This document shows positions 26,646 to 40,214 of a DNA stretch of 64,000 nt, piece after piece. The first letter of the stretch is position 1; every line of letters begins with the position of its first letter. Source of the DNA: Octopus vulgaris (Eukaryota); contig OX597815.1 in assembly GCA_951406725.2 (NCBI GenBank), positions 208,010,001-208,074,000 of the forward strand, given 5' to 3'. Both the position numbers and the translations under genes were made by a program. The notes under the pieces were generated by a model. That model was given only the letters and a program-made list of their open reading frames with translations. It made no database searches and was not told the DNA's origin.

Positions 26646-26907
26646 AATAAAATAATAAATGTGCCCTTTTAAAGCCTAGCCAGGCTCATGGGCCCAGTTT
26701 CCTGGTTTCAATGGTGTACATGTTCCCCAGCTGAACGGGACGCTAGTCCATCGCAGCGTTACTCATTTTTGCCAGCTAAGTGGACTGGAACAATCTGAAA
26801 TGAAATCTTTTGCTCAAGTGCTCAAAGCGTCGCCCAGTCCAGGAATCGAAACCCCAATCTTACAATCATGGTGCTGACATCCTAACCACTAAGCCACGTG
26901 CCTCCAC
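26646..26907 (-). mobile_element. SINE family E (tRNA head, CORE-like plus V-like segment) with TSD
   Basis: Minus: GGAGGCACGTGGCTTAGTGGTTAGG...GTTTCGATTCC...TTGAGCAAAAG...GCGATGGACTAGCGTCCCG. TSD TTATGATT(G/T)CTTA at 26633-26645 and 26908-26920. Second copy at 44455-44714. Confidence 0.88.
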
Positions 26908-27194
26908 TTATGATTTCTTAGAGTTAAGTAATCAACGAAGATGAGATAAATAATGATAAATTTAATTATTTTGTTTGCAATTTTCCAAAAATATATGAAA
27001 ATTAATCCTGCTGTTTACTAAAATGTTTATCAGCGGCATAACTTGAAAACATGATTTAAAACTACAGAAATCTAAATTTGTAGCTGCTATCATCCTTCAG
27101 TACCTCATTTCTATGCTACTCTGATAAATAGGTGAAAACAAGATAAAACAACATTCAGTATCAGCTTTGGGTCATTTTACGAGGAGTATTCTTT

Positions 27195-27594
27195 TTCTTT
27201 TCTTTTCTTTTACTTGTTTCAGTCAGTTGACTGTGGCCATGCTGGAGCACCACCTTTCGTTGAGCAAATCAACCCCAGGACTTATTCTTTGTAAGCCTAG
27301 TACTTATTCTATCAGTCTCTTTTGCCGAACCGCTAAGTTACAGGGATGCAAACACACCAGCATCGGTTTTCAAGTGATGTTGGGGGGACAAATACAGACA
27401 CACAAACACACACACACACATATATACATATATACGACAGGATTCTTTCAGTTTCCGTCTACCAAATCCACTCACAAGGCTTTGGTCGGCCCAAGGCTAT
27501 AGTAGAAGACATTTGCCCAAGATACCACACAGTGGGACTGAACCCAGAACCATGTGGCTGGCAAGCAAGCTACTTACCACACAGCCACTCCTGC
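27195..27594 (-). mobile_element. SINE family A
   Basis: Reverse complement of family A. Confidence 0.9.
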
Positions 27595-27800
27595 TGAAAA
27601 TCTTTTAGCTTTGGGTAAAAGAAAATACAGGAAGGTCAGTTAATTATGATTTTATTCAGCATATTCCTCTCTTAGATTTATGCACTTATTACAGTGGCCC
27701 TTCACTTTTTCCAAGCCCCAAGACCTGGTTAGAGGCTGGGCCTCTAACCAGGTCTTTCACAATATCTTTAAAGCCAGGAAGTTTGCAGCACCTCCTTGTA
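27591..27800. mobile_element. Mariner-type MITE remnant (second copy 55692-55899)
   Basis: Both copies share AATTATGATTTTATTC...CACTTATT.CAGTGG and end in a mariner-like TIR (GCCAGGAAGTTTGCAGCACCTCCTTG|TA; CCAGGAGCTTTTCAACACCCCCTCG|TA). Confidence 0.65.
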
Positions 27801-30612
27801 CATAAGAAACACGATACAAAAAAACTCATTTGGGCAGTGTCTTTGCAGATTGAAAGCTCAACAAAATCTTGAGTTTGCTACTATTATTTGATGTTGCTCC
27901 ACTATATTTCATGTTGTTCCAGTTCACTCAGCTGTAGAAATGAGTCGCGACATCACTGGTGCCGAGCTGTATCGGTCCTTTGCCTTTCCCTTGGATAACA
28001 TCAGTGGCATAGAGAGGAAAGGCTGGTATGCATGAGCAACTGCAGGTCTTCCATAAGCAACCTTGCCCAGACTTGTGCATTGGAGGGGAACTTTCTAGGT
28101 GCAATCCTGTGGTCATTCAGGACCAAAAGGGTCTTTACTCCGTAAGATGCAATTTTAAAAAAAATATCTCAGAAAATCATTCTGTGTCCTATATGTAAAG
28201 CCGGTTCCCTTGTAAGCTATAATGGATTAAAAACTTTTTTTCCTGAATACATACGGTTGGAAAAGGGACATGTCTTTTCTACATGCACATCTTTTATGCC
28301 ATCAAATATGGTGCATGAAAGAAATGAATGAATATACAAGGTGAAATGTTAAATGTAGCCTAATCATAAAATAGTTCAAGTTTTATACTGATCCACTAAG
28401 TGACCTATGATGTCGGATCCACTTTTACACATGCACTAACCCACTAGGTTTATATATTCAAACAAGACTTTGGTTGTTTGTTTACCAGATACTTCCAATT
28501 TAACTTTGAAAATATTAAATCTACGTAGGATAGGTGTCTAACAATTAGTAAAACTTTAAATGTCAACATTCATAGCTTTTGTAAAGTTGATGACAAGATT
28601 TAATGTGACAAATAAGATGGTTTCGAAACAGGAAAGTGTAGAATGATCCTGATTCAATTAAAAACTCTCTTAACTATATTGCCTATTTTTTTCTTTCTTT
28701 TTATATTTCTTTTCTTTTTTTTTCTACATTTTTCCCTATATATCACTCTCTGTTTTGCTGCAAATGTTATCATTATTTTTGTCATCAACTACAAATTGTA
28801 TCTGTCCACTCCTATCTGTACCTCTCTAAATTTGCCAGTTATAAACAGTTGTTGCTCTAGAGTAATTTAAACATTTTTTTCCTTTTTCTTTTCTTTTTTT
28901 TTTTTTTTTGAAATTTAGTTTTAACTCATTTTACAAGAAGATTTTGCACTTTGCAGGAATTAATATGAATAAATCTTAACTCTTGTCTTCCTTTTCCTTT
29001 CCACATTCTTTTCTACTTTACCATGCTTTAACTCCATTCTCTCTTTTTACATTTTTCTCTGCCTTCATTTCTTTCTTTCTTTCTTTCTCCCTTTCTTTCA
29101 CTCTCTCCCCACCCTGTCTCACGGTATATCTGCTCATTTATTTTCTCAAACCTATAGTTACCAATACATTTCTCATTTTAATTTCATATTAATGTTTACT
29201 TTCTTTCCATCATCTTCCGTTTGTTTTCCTTTAACTTTTCTTGGCTCTCTCACTTTAGCTCTCAAGTCTTTTCATTTCCCCTCTTAGAATTCTTTTATTC
29301 CTCTTTAATTCTACATTTCTTTTTCAAGGTCACTTTTATTCATTTTTAGTCAGCTTTGAGAGATTCTTGCCTTCTCAAAAACCACCACTTTTCTCTATCT
29401 TTATCTCTCTTTCAATCACACACACTTCCTTGCATTGTCTTCTCCAAGATCTTTTCCCATGGCACTAAAATAGTTTTGATGTTATTTTTCCATTTTGCTT
29501 TTCTTTGGAAGCAGTCATACATTTTCTTCAAATTTGTTTCCTGTTTTACAATCCCTCTCTTTCTTTTTCTTTTTAGTTTAGTGTTCAAATTTGAATATTT
29601 CTAAAATATATTTTTGTGTATTATTAAAATTTGTATTTTAAACGAGTAGTCATTCTGTGCATTTTATATTATATATGTATGATGTTGTTAATTAAATGAT
29701 TGTAAAACATTTGAAAATATTTCACAGTTGTCTTTGAACATATTCTCTTTTACTCTTCTACATGTTTCAGTCAGTGGACTGTGCCACACTGGAGCGCCAC
29801 TTGGTGGGTTTAGTCAAACAAATTAACCCTGGGACCAATTTTAAATCATCATCATCATCATCATCATCGTTTAACGTCCGCTTTCCATGCTAGCATGGGT
29901 TGGACGATTTTGGCTGAGGGCTGATGAACCAGATGGCTGCACCAGGTTCCAATCTTGATCTAGCAGAGTTTCTACAGCTGGATGCCCTTCCTAATGCCAA
30001 CCACTCCGAGAGTGTAGTGGGTGCTTTTTACATGCCACTGGCACGGGGGCCAGTCAAGGGGTACTGGCAATGACCTTGCTCGAATCTTTTTACACATGCC
30101 ACCGGCACAGGTGGAGGTTAAATCTTATATTTATTCTATTGGTTTCTTTTGCCAAACTACTAAGTTCCAGGGATGTAAACACATCAACACTGGTCATCAA
30201 ATGGTGGTGGTGGTAGGAGGACAAACACAAAGACACACACATTTACATACATATAGCATCATCATCATCATCATCGTCATCATCACCATTTAACATCTGT
30301 TTCCCAAGCTGACATGAAGTGGATGGTTTAACAGGAGTTGGCAAGCCAGAGAACTGTGCCCAGCTCCAGTATCTGCTTAAGGTTTCTATGGATAGATGCC
30401 ATTCTTTTTGATTCTCCCCTGTTGCTTCTTCGGTTTCATTTCGCTTTCTTTCAAGGATTCCACAGAACACATTTTCTGGTATTGATAAGAAAGAAATTCA
30501 CCAGCAACTTTTTAAGTTTTTGTTTGAGACTTTCTTTTCTTCATATATTAGTATCACTCACACAGAGATTCAGATGCTTTTTATACCTTATCTCTTTGCC
30601 ATATTAGGTTAA

Positions 30613-30833
30613 CTCTTTTGTTACCATATTTTTGTTGAGATGCTCTGTGTTTCTTTCAATTAATTTTAAATATAACAAAGAATTAGTAAAATAGTTTAGT
30701 TTATCATTAAGCTAGTGTTAGGAACATAAATTGTGACTAAGGTTTGGTGGAAGATTTTAATTCAGAACTTTTGAAAACAAGACATTTGTACTGCAGAGCT
30801 AGAGGTGGTTCAGGCGGGTTGGTATCAAAAGGG
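30613..30833. mobile_element. piggyBac-like MITE (second TTAA family)
   Basis: TTAA|CTCTTTTGTTACCA ... TGGTATCAAAAGGG|TTAA. Confidence 0.75.
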
Positions 30834-30949
30834 TTAAATAGTATTTGCATCATGTCAACAATGGTCTCTCTCTTCATGCTTTGAGTACTTCAGCACTGAT
30901 GGCATCTAAACCAGTAAAAGCAACATTCAGAGCTTTTACACTTCAACTG

Positions 30950-31680
30950 TAAAAATACATTTGATGTGACCTGGTTGAAGGCTTTATGGAAGATAATGGC
31001 AATAAGTGTAGAACTAAAGTAATAGGTGTAGACCCCGAAATAGTGTGAATTATAGAGGAGATAATGGATGATCAGCTGATGGATTGGTTTGAAGTATGAG
31101 CAAGTCTAAGATAAGTTTACCTGCTCCCCATGACACTTTTCAAAATCTTGCTGGAATTTCTCATTAAAGAAATGAAAAACATGGATAAAAGCCTGGCACT
31201 CATTGATGCTCTTTCCATTGGTGCTAAATATTCTGACAACATGATTCTTATATCCATGATCTTTCACAATTTGAAAATATCCACTGAACAGATACAAAAT
31301 ATGGGACGTAAAAATAATTAGATGAAAGTGCATGATCTTGTCAATAGCATGGAAATGTCTACACTGAATCTGAAGGTTTAAAGTTGAATGTGTCACGGTG
31401 GTCTGTATTTCTTGGCAGTATATTATATAATGGAAAAGATGTTAAAATAAAATCCTTGTTGGTATCTATCATTTGGAAGACTAAGAAACAGAGTCTGGAA
31501 GAAGTGGGGATATAAACCAAGGACTCAAAGCACACTGCTCTTATTTTCCTAAATGCAACCTGTGCCTCAGAAATGTGGACTTCAAAATCTGATGATACAC
31601 CCAGTCTAGAAGTTTTTGAAATGCAGTGTTTATAATCTATATTTGGGATATCATAGCAAGGTAGCAAAGAAATCCTACTT
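30950..31680 (+). mobile_element. Decayed RTE-like LINE reverse transcriptase fragment
   Basis: FDVTWLKALWKIM...DWFEV*ASLR*VYLLPMTLFKILLEFLIKE...KYSDNMILI (YADD equivalent)...NATCASEMWTSKSDDTPSLEVFEMQCL*SIFGIS. Many stops. Confidence 0.8.
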
Positions 31681-31971
31681 TAAGATAAGATCTCTATATG
31701 ATGTCCATATATATATATATATATACGTGCGGGTGGCACGTAAAAAGCACCCACTACACTCACGGAGTGGTTGGCGTTAGGAAGGGCATCCAGCCGTAGA
31801 AACACTGCCAGATCTGACTGGGCCTGATGAAGCCTTCCAGCTTCACAGACCCCAGTTGAACCGTCCAACCCATGCTAGCATGGAGAACGGACATGATGAA
31901 ATGATGATGATATATATATCATATATACATACTATAGATATACATATGTATGTGTGTGTATATATGAGTAT

Positions 31972-32046
<75 letters not shown>

Positions 32047-33066
32047 GTATACATACACACATATAGCATATGCTATGCATATGCACATTTACACATATAT
32101 GTTATAAGTAATTAAATCCTTTTGATTCTGGTTCGTTATGCACACTCAGTCTTCTTTGTCGGCAACTTCCTGTGTAGCAAAGCAATGGTTCCCAAAGCAA
32201 ATGTGAGACAAATAATAAAAAAAACAAAATATGGATAGAAGACTGTATAAAAGTAACAACCAGAAGACCAGTGAGACGTTTGGACAGGATATGTTGGATA
32301 TAATGAAGTGTGAAAGAAATAAGCAACTTTCATCTTCTCACATTCAAAGTTGACAGCAGCAGACCAATGAGGGCCAGTAGTGTAAGTTGTAACACACAGT
32401 ATGCTTTGCTAGAAAACATCATCATCATCATCATCATCATCATCACAATCATCATTTAACATCCGTTTTCCATGCTGGCATGGGTGGGACAGTTTGACAG
32501 GAACTGGCAAGGCCAGAAGCTGCACCAGGTTCCATAGTCCGCTTTGGCCTAGTTTCTACACCTGGATGCCCTTCCTGATGCCGACCACTTTACAGAGTGT
32601 ACTGAGTGTCTTTTTGTGACACCATCACTGGCACTCATAGCACCAGCACCAGTCTTTCTATGAGGCACCAGCACTAATGCTTTTTATGTGGCACCAGCAC
32701 CAGTGCTTTTTATATGATACCAGCACCAGTCTTTTTATGAAGCACCAGTACCAATGCTTTTTAGTGGCTTGGTAAAAGGGATAAACTCAACCACAACTGA
32801 GAAGGGAACTTCATGGGGAAAAGGTTCTTCTCTCTATCTGGTGGGATTGCAAAGGAGTAATTTTCCTTGAACTGTTACCTCCAAATTTAAGGGATGAATC
32901 TACATTCAACCATTTTACATCTTTAATATATATAATATATATATATAGGTTCGTCATTTCAAGAACCGAAACATATTAAGTTAAAATTTGTCTAATATAG
33001 CAGCATTTTCAAACTTCATTTTTTACAAATATATACCCACTCGTATACGAGCTAATCTTATTATAA

Positions 33067-33103
<37 letters not shown>

Positions 33104-33109
33104 TACATA

Positions 33110-33141
<32 letters not shown>

Positions 33142-33973
33142 CACACACATATATGTATGTACAGCAATTAAGACTGCACAATACACTTCTCAGGGTCAAA
33201 TAGTGATGGTGATGGTGGCTGAAGTATTCTGCACATGTGCAGCAATGAGATACTGCACCTTCCATAGTAACAGAAACAGGGAATGTTTTAGTATATGAAG
33301 AAGTAGTTGTGCTAACATGTCCCACTAGTGACTGCATTCCTTGCTGAAAAGTCATGGTCTTCATTGATTACTAAAAGCCAGAACTTCTTGGAACCACAGA
33401 CAGTGTATCTTTCATAGCATCAATGGTGGCACCACACATCTGGGATGATGAAATGTCATCACTTTCACAGCTTCAGACACACTGAATGTGTGTTATAAGC
33501 TGGGAGTAGTTGTGTTTTAGTGGTCTTTTGTATGAATATATCTTTTCTTCAGATGACATATAGATGAAGTTGTTATCATCATTGATTAATAATGGACAAG
33601 CACGATGAATTTGTGCATCTGTTTTCATCATCATTATCATCAACATTTACTCTTTGTTTTCCATTCTGGCATGGGTTGGATGGCTCGCCAAGAACTGACG
33701 AGGCTGGAGGCCATACCAAATTCCAGAGTCTGTTTTGGTTTAGTTTCCTAATGCCATCCACTTTACAAAGTGTATTGGGTGCTTTTATTTGGCACCATCA
33801 CCAATGCATTTTATATGGCCACAACACCCACAGTAATACTTTTTACATGACACCTTGGTTTTAGGATTTCAATTCTGTTGTGGTGGGAGGTTCTCTCTCT
33901 TATTTATTTATTTATTTAAATTATGTCCATGGTAGTTATTTGGTTATCTATTATGATGGATGCACTGTCATAT

Positions 33974-34026
<53 letters not shown>

Positions 34027-34154
34027 AATATATATCTTTGTGAGGATTTTTTTTGATATTAAATTTCATGCTATTATTTCAAAATACAGTATATATATAT
34101 GAGTCTACTGAGATGATTCAAAAACACACCTAATAACCTAATGATATATCTTTT

Positions 34155-34245
34155 CTAACACTCTGATGAGATTTTGCCTAATATAATGATTTTTATAATT
34201 GCCATTTTAATCTTTTAAGCTTAATTGAAACAGCTGTAAGAGAAT
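34155..34245 (+). ncRNA. Type-I hammerhead-ribozyme-like motif with canonical core and long stem-II insert (probably a decayed PLE repeat)
   Basis: CT-CTGATGA(34163-34169)-GATT...AATT-GAAA(34227-34230)-CAGCTG-TA-AG. Palindromic helix III ACAGCTGT, GUA cleavage triplet. Stem I weak. Confidence 0.45.
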
Positions 34246-34309
34246 ATGGTGGATTTTTGTAGATAATAAATTATATTAATGCTAATCTCCATTTTCTTAA
34301 TTCTCTTTA

Positions 34310-34355
<46 letters not shown>

Positions 34356-34701
34356 TTCCTATCTTTTACTTTCTCAAGTATCTATAGTTTCTATGGTTCC
34401 AATTCATCACCCACATACAAACACTAATTTCTCTGTCAGCCTCCCTATTAGTCCACTGCACCTCTTGTGTACCCATAGCATATACTGGATACACTGTATG
34501 AAATTCTTGCCCACATCTTTCATACATACATATTGGCAGGGCCATTGACTTGATGGGTGTAGTGTTTTGTCTGTTTTTTTCCCCCCACTTTTTTTTGCTT
34601 ACTAGAACCTTAGTCTTTGATTCTAGGTTTTGCTTCCACACCTGGTATTTATTTTCTAGTTCTCTAACAGAATTTATTATTAGATCAAGATCATCAGCAT
34701 A

Positions 34702-34866
34702 GGTGCAGGAGTGGCTGTGTACTAAGAAGCTTGCTTCCCAACCACATGGTTCTGGGTTCAGTCCCACTGTGTGGCACCTTGGGCAAGTGTCTTCCACTAT
34801 AACCTTGGGCCAGCCAAAGCCTTGTGAGGGGATTTGGTAGAAGGAAACTGAAAAAAGCCCATTGTG

Positions 34867-34942
<76 letters not shown>

Positions 34943-35186
34943 TACATATGTATATGTGTGTGTTTGTGTGTCTGTTTGTCCCTGCAAAATCACTTGACAA
35001 CTAATGTTGATGTGTCGACGTCCCCGTAACTTAGCAGTTTGGCAAAAGAGACTGATAGAATAAGTACTAGGCTGACAAAGAATAAGTCCTAGGGTCGACA
35101 TGTTCGACTAAAGGCAGTGTTCCAGCATGGCCACATTCATATGACTGAAACAAGTAAAAGAGGAAAAGAATAAAAGAATAAAAGAA
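34702..35186 (+). mobile_element. SINE family A inserted in the LINE RT catalytic motif
   Basis: Full family A copy between the WELL and YADD codons of the minus-strand LINE. Confidence 0.9.
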
Positions 35187-35557
35187 TGTAACAGTTCCCA
35201 GAGGAAGCCTGTCTTGAATTCTTCTTTTATGGCCTGGAGGACAATGATGAATAGAAAGAGAATGAGAAATAAATTCCGATGAATGCCTACCTGTACGCTA
35301 AATTCATCACTGTACTCATGGTTAACCCTCACCTTACTGACAGAACCTCTGCACATGGTCAATACAGCTTTCACAAATCACTCGTCAGCCCCTAGCTTTC
35401 TCAAAGCCCACCATACCACACAGTAGGGCTTCTGTCAAAGGTTTCCTCCAGGTCATCAAATGCCAAATACAGTGGTTTATCCTTAATTAAATAATTCTCC
35501 TTCAATTGCCTGACTCTAAAGATAGCATCAGTTGCGCCACCTTTAATAATAGTGGTT

Positions 35558-35950
35558 AGTGAAGGCGCAATGGCCCAGTGGTTAGGGCAGCGGACTCGCG
35601 GTCATAGGATCGCAGTTTCAATTCCCAGACCAGGCGTTGTGAGTGTTTATTGAGCGAAAACACCTAAAGCTCCACGACGCTCCGGCAGGGGAAGGTGGTG
35701 TTCCCTGCTGTACTCTTTCGCCACAACTTTCTCTCACTCTTACTTCCTGTTTCTGTTGTACCTGTATTTCAAAGGGCTGGCCTTGTCACTCTCTGTGTCA
35801 CGCTGAATATCCCCGAGAACTACGTTAAGGGTACACGTGTCTGTGGAGTGCTCAGCCACTTACACGTTAATTTCACGAGCAGGCTGTTCCGTTGATTCAG
35901 ATCAACCGGAACCCTCATCGTCGTAACCGACGGTGTGCTTCCATTCCATC
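35558..35950 (+). mobile_element. SINE family D (tRNA-derived), full length with TSD
   Basis: TGGCCCAGTGGTTAGG A-box, GTTTCAATTCC B-box. 13-bp TSD AATAATAGTGGTT at 35545-35557 and 35951-35963. Confidence 0.92.
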
Positions 35951-36445
35951 AATAATAGTGGTTCAGTAGCGATTCTGTTCCTAATTAACTGGGCTAAAAC
36001 AATTTCTGGTCCAGCAATTTGATGCCTCTGTAATTACTTCTGCCTAAGGCTTTTCCCTTACCCTTGTAGCAGCTTACTATAATGCTGCTATATCATTCAT
36101 TAGGGGCAGTGCATTCCTGAACAACCTGATTTTGCAGGATAATTGTAAATGAGTGTCGTTGTCTTCCAAGCATTATCCATCATTCTTGATCTTCCATGAA
36201 AACACATCTGAACATGAGGAAGTATTATCTCACTTAGAAACAGCGGAGACTTTGCAACAGGAACGACATCTTATTGTAGAAATCTGCCTAAAAAAGAGAT
36301 TCCATCTGACCCATTGGACTTTGAAATGATGATGATGATCTTTCTCTCTCTCTCTCTCTCTTCCCTTTCTTTTTTTCTTTCTCTCTATCTATCTCCCTCT
36401 CCCTCTCCCTCTTCCCTTTCTTTCTTTCTCTCTCTCTTTCTCCCC

Positions 36446-36502
<57 letters not shown>

Positions 36503-37567
36503 TTATCTATCTATCTATCTGTCTGTCTACCTACCTACCTACAACACACAAAATGCAAATGGCTAAGCTTTTTGAAGTAGAAATTGTATATGAATATAGA
36601 AAACTTCTAAAGCTGCAGCTGAAGTCAGAAGGTAGGAGTTTATTGTTTTTTTTTCTCCCTCTATCGTAATTCACACATGTAGATATTATATATTTTTATA
36701 TATAATTTATATAGGAAAGCATGTACACATGTATGCATGTGAATGTATGTTTTTTGTGTGTGTGTGCATGCGTGTGGCATGGCGTGTGTTAACCATGTCT
36801 AAGTAAGAATGGAAACTGAGGCAAAATGACCTGCGTAAATCTAGTATTAAAAGGAAGGCTTACAGTAATAAAATGCATGAGATTGCATTACAAAAGGAAA
36901 TAATAGATGCAGTTATTTTATTCTCTCTGCTATGAGCAAGAATTCTTATTTGAAAGATGAACATATTGTTTTACCAGAGACCTTTTGTGTGTCTAGGAAG
37001 CAGGTGGTAGGAGTCAACATGGGGTTTAATATAGTAGTGTTTATTATTAGTTCTGAAGGAATTAAAAGGACAAAACCTCATAAAGTGTCGAATGATAAAT
37101 CAACAAGATGGGACTGCAAGTATGTCAAAGAAAGAATTAGATGAGATTTGATGACTGGCATTCTATGAAATTCTGAAATCCAATCCTAACATAACTGCTT
37201 TGGTCTCTGATTTTCTTCTGAGCTCAAGAAAATGTTCACTGGTAATATAAGGAGGCAAATGGCATAAAGAAAGGGAAAACAACAATACCGTTATATAAGG
37301 TTTTATTTGGGTACAAAGGCTAGTTTTGGTGATTAATGTTTGTGTTCCAAATTGAAAATTTTGATATAAGCATTTGAATAACATATAGGTAGCTATATTC
37401 CTTTACAACTCACTACAGATGGCTGTCAAACAGATGAAGCCATTATATTTTCTACAACTTTTTGGAAACTTCCAGTTTGAATTTCTTTTTCAAGAACAGA
37501 AAATACTGAATAGTTTCTGATCCTCTACAAGGCACAATCATGACCTGCACTAAATTATTGTTGATAT

Positions 37568-37607
<40 letters not shown>

Positions 37608-37609
<2 letters not shown>

Positions 37610-38148
37610 GCCCTGATGCAGTACCAGGCAGTGGCTCCCATGACTTCTGATCTTAACTGATTGGAAGTGTTATCATGTACATTGTTTTGTCTTGGTATAA
37701 AAAATGGGCTACAGCAAATATTCTGCTCAAAACCACAGATTTGCTTGTCAGTTGTTTGACCTTAACCAGTTGAGCATGTCCCTTAGTGGCTGAGGATATC
37801 TGCATCTCTGATCATGAGCAGAAGTAGTGGGAGAGCATCATAGCCGTGTGTTGAGAGGAATTCTTTGGGGTTTGAATAATTCACCTCTGGAAACATGGGT
37901 GTTTTGTTCAACATCCTTAAACAACCTTTTTAAGCAGGATGGGTTACTCGACCTGAAGAAAATTCTAACTGGGCCCCACCTGCAAGGTCATGTGCTGTTT
38001 ATCTTGATATGAGATCACCATGTCGCGCACATATGGTTGTGATGCATGTGCCTGGTGTACTCTTATCAGACGGGTAGTCATGATGGGTATACTGGGCTTC
38101 GTATATTTTACCCCAGTGTCACTTTGATGGTCATGCACTGCTCTCTCA

Positions 38149-38151
<3 letters not shown>
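37608..38151 (+). mobile_element. Repeat family F: unclassified non-coding retroposon-like repeat inserted in (AAT)n
   Basis: Flanked by (AAT)n on both sides. A second, 5'-shorter copy at 47864-48234 shares the 3' end CTCTCTCACT(G/C)-(AAT)n. Confidence 0.7.
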
Positions 38152-38198
<47 letters not shown>

Positions 38199-38754
38199 TT
38201 AATAATAATAATGTTTTGCAATTTTAACAGAAAGCTCAGGGGGGTGGTAAGTTGATTACATCACCTCCAGTACTCAAATGGTACTTATTTTATTGTCCCT
38301 GAAAGGATGAAAGGTAAAGTTGATCTCAGCAGCATTTGAACTCAGGACATATAGAACTGAAAGAAATGTTACTGGGTATTTGACCTTATGTGCTAATGAT
38401 TAAAAAAGGAGATGTTAGTGTATACAGTACTCAAGAGTAAAACTCATTAGAAAAGAGTAAAAAAATGGTTGAAAAGCAGCAATAAGTTAGGTAAAGAAGG
38501 ATAACAATGGTAACTAACAGTACATGAGATAAAACAACAAAAACGACTGATAAATGAATAGTAAAGGAATCATAGAGAGGAAAGGGTGCATAAGTATGTC
38601 AAGGGTAGTGTTGACAAATTTTGGGAAATTTGGAATTTTTGAAGTGGGCGGAGTTTTGTAGGATAATAACCACTGTATTCTAAGTTTATTCTAAGTTTCG
38701 ACAATTCTGAGCATGAAAGAATGCTTCCAAATTCATATTAGAAAGTGAACCATA

Positions 38755-39155
38755 GGTGCAGGAGTGGCTATGTGGTAAGTAGCTTGCTAACCAACCACAT
38801 GGTTCCGGATTCAGTCCCACTGCGTGGCAAGTGTCTTCTGCTATTACAAAAGCCTCGGGCCGACCAATGCCTTGTGAGTGGATTTGATAGACGGAAACTG
38901 AAAGAGGCCCGTCGTATATATGTATATGTATGTGTGTTTGTTTGTGTGTCTGTGTTTGTCCCCCTAGCATTGCTTGACAACCGATGCTGGTGTGTTTACG
39001 TCCCCGTCACTTAGCGGTTCGGCAAAAAGAGACCGATAGAATAAGTACTGGGCTTACAAAAAAAGAATAAATCCTGGGGTCGATTTGCTCGACTAAAGGC
39101 GGTGCTCCAGCATGGCCGCAGTCAAATGACTGAAACAAGTAAAAGAGTAAAGAGT
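38755..39155 (+). mobile_element. SINE family A
   Basis: Near-identical to consensus with a small deletion in the CORE-like part. Confidence 0.9.
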
Positions 39156-39829
39156 GATCGAAGTTATTCATACTGAAGATCACAACCCCATAAAAGACTT
39201 TGCTTTTATTTCGCAAACTTTCATTCATCAATATAGTTCATCATGGAATTTGTATGTATTCTTTCTTTTGTTATTACAAAAATGCTCTCTACTCCTTGGT
39301 GCTATCTTAAGTTATGGCCTCACTGGGTAGCTGCTTGAGGATTTCTTCAAGTGTAAGAGCTCAATGCCAATCCATATATGCTGTGGTTGTGTATGTAAGG
39401 TGCCCACCATTCATAGCTGTGTTCAGGGACTACTGATGTTGTGAAGACAACCCTGCTGCTATTCTAAACATACTTATCTAACTTGATTCCACTGCATAAA
39501 TTTTCCCTCTTCTTTTCACTTCTAGAAGGACTTACTTCCGAGACATTATACTTAACACTTCATCGAATCCCATTTCTCTGAAGAAGCAACTAGAATTATT
39601 ACTTTCAAACAGGATGTTTTGAGCTGTTTGTTCTGGTTCTTGACTTTCTACATTCAAATACGACCATGACCTACCTGGGTGATAAACCCACCTACTTTAA
39701 TTCCACCGCCTCCTTTAGGTAGTATTCACCCTGTTGCAAGCATTCACACCAAGATTCCAGTTAGAGAATATCCTCGCTCCTTTCCATCGATTTTAATGGC
39801 CCTTAAAAAGAGCATAGGCACCACCCTTT

Positions 39830-40214
39830 GGTGGAAGCACTCAGTCGGTTACGACGACGAGGGTTCCGGTTGATCCGATCAACGGAACAGCCTGCTCGTG
39901 AAATTAACGTGCAAGTGGCTGAGCACTCCACAGACACGTGTACCCTTAACGCAGTTCTCGGAGATATTCAACGTGACACAGAGAGTGACAAGGCCGGCCC
40001 TTTGAAATACAGGTACAACAGAAACAGGAAGTAAGAGTGAGAGTAAGTTGTGGTGAAAGAGTACAGCAAGGATCAGCACCATCCCTACCGGAGCCTCGTG
40101 GAGCTTTAGGTGTTTTCGCTCAATAAACACTCACAACGCCCGGTCTGGGAATCAAAACTGCGATCCTACGACTGCGAGTCTGCTGCCCTAACCACTGAGC
40201 CATTGTGCCTCCAC
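39830..40214 (-). mobile_element. SINE family D, full length with TSD
   Basis: Reverse complement of 35558-35950. 12-bp TSD GCACCACCCTTT at 39818-39829 and 40215-40226. Confidence 0.92.

Larger units (their letters stand above)
34370..36130 (-). mobile_element. Decayed RTE-like LINE RT region interrupted by two SINEs
   Basis: Minus: SIIVSCYKGKG...NYRGIKLLDQ / DAIFRVRQLKENYLIKDKPLYLAFDDLEETFDR / SKVRVNHEYSDEFSVQVGIH...FIIVLQAIKEEFKTGFLWELL[SINE]YADDLDLII...WKQNLESKTKVLVS, followed by a Cys-rich segment. Confidence 0.9.
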
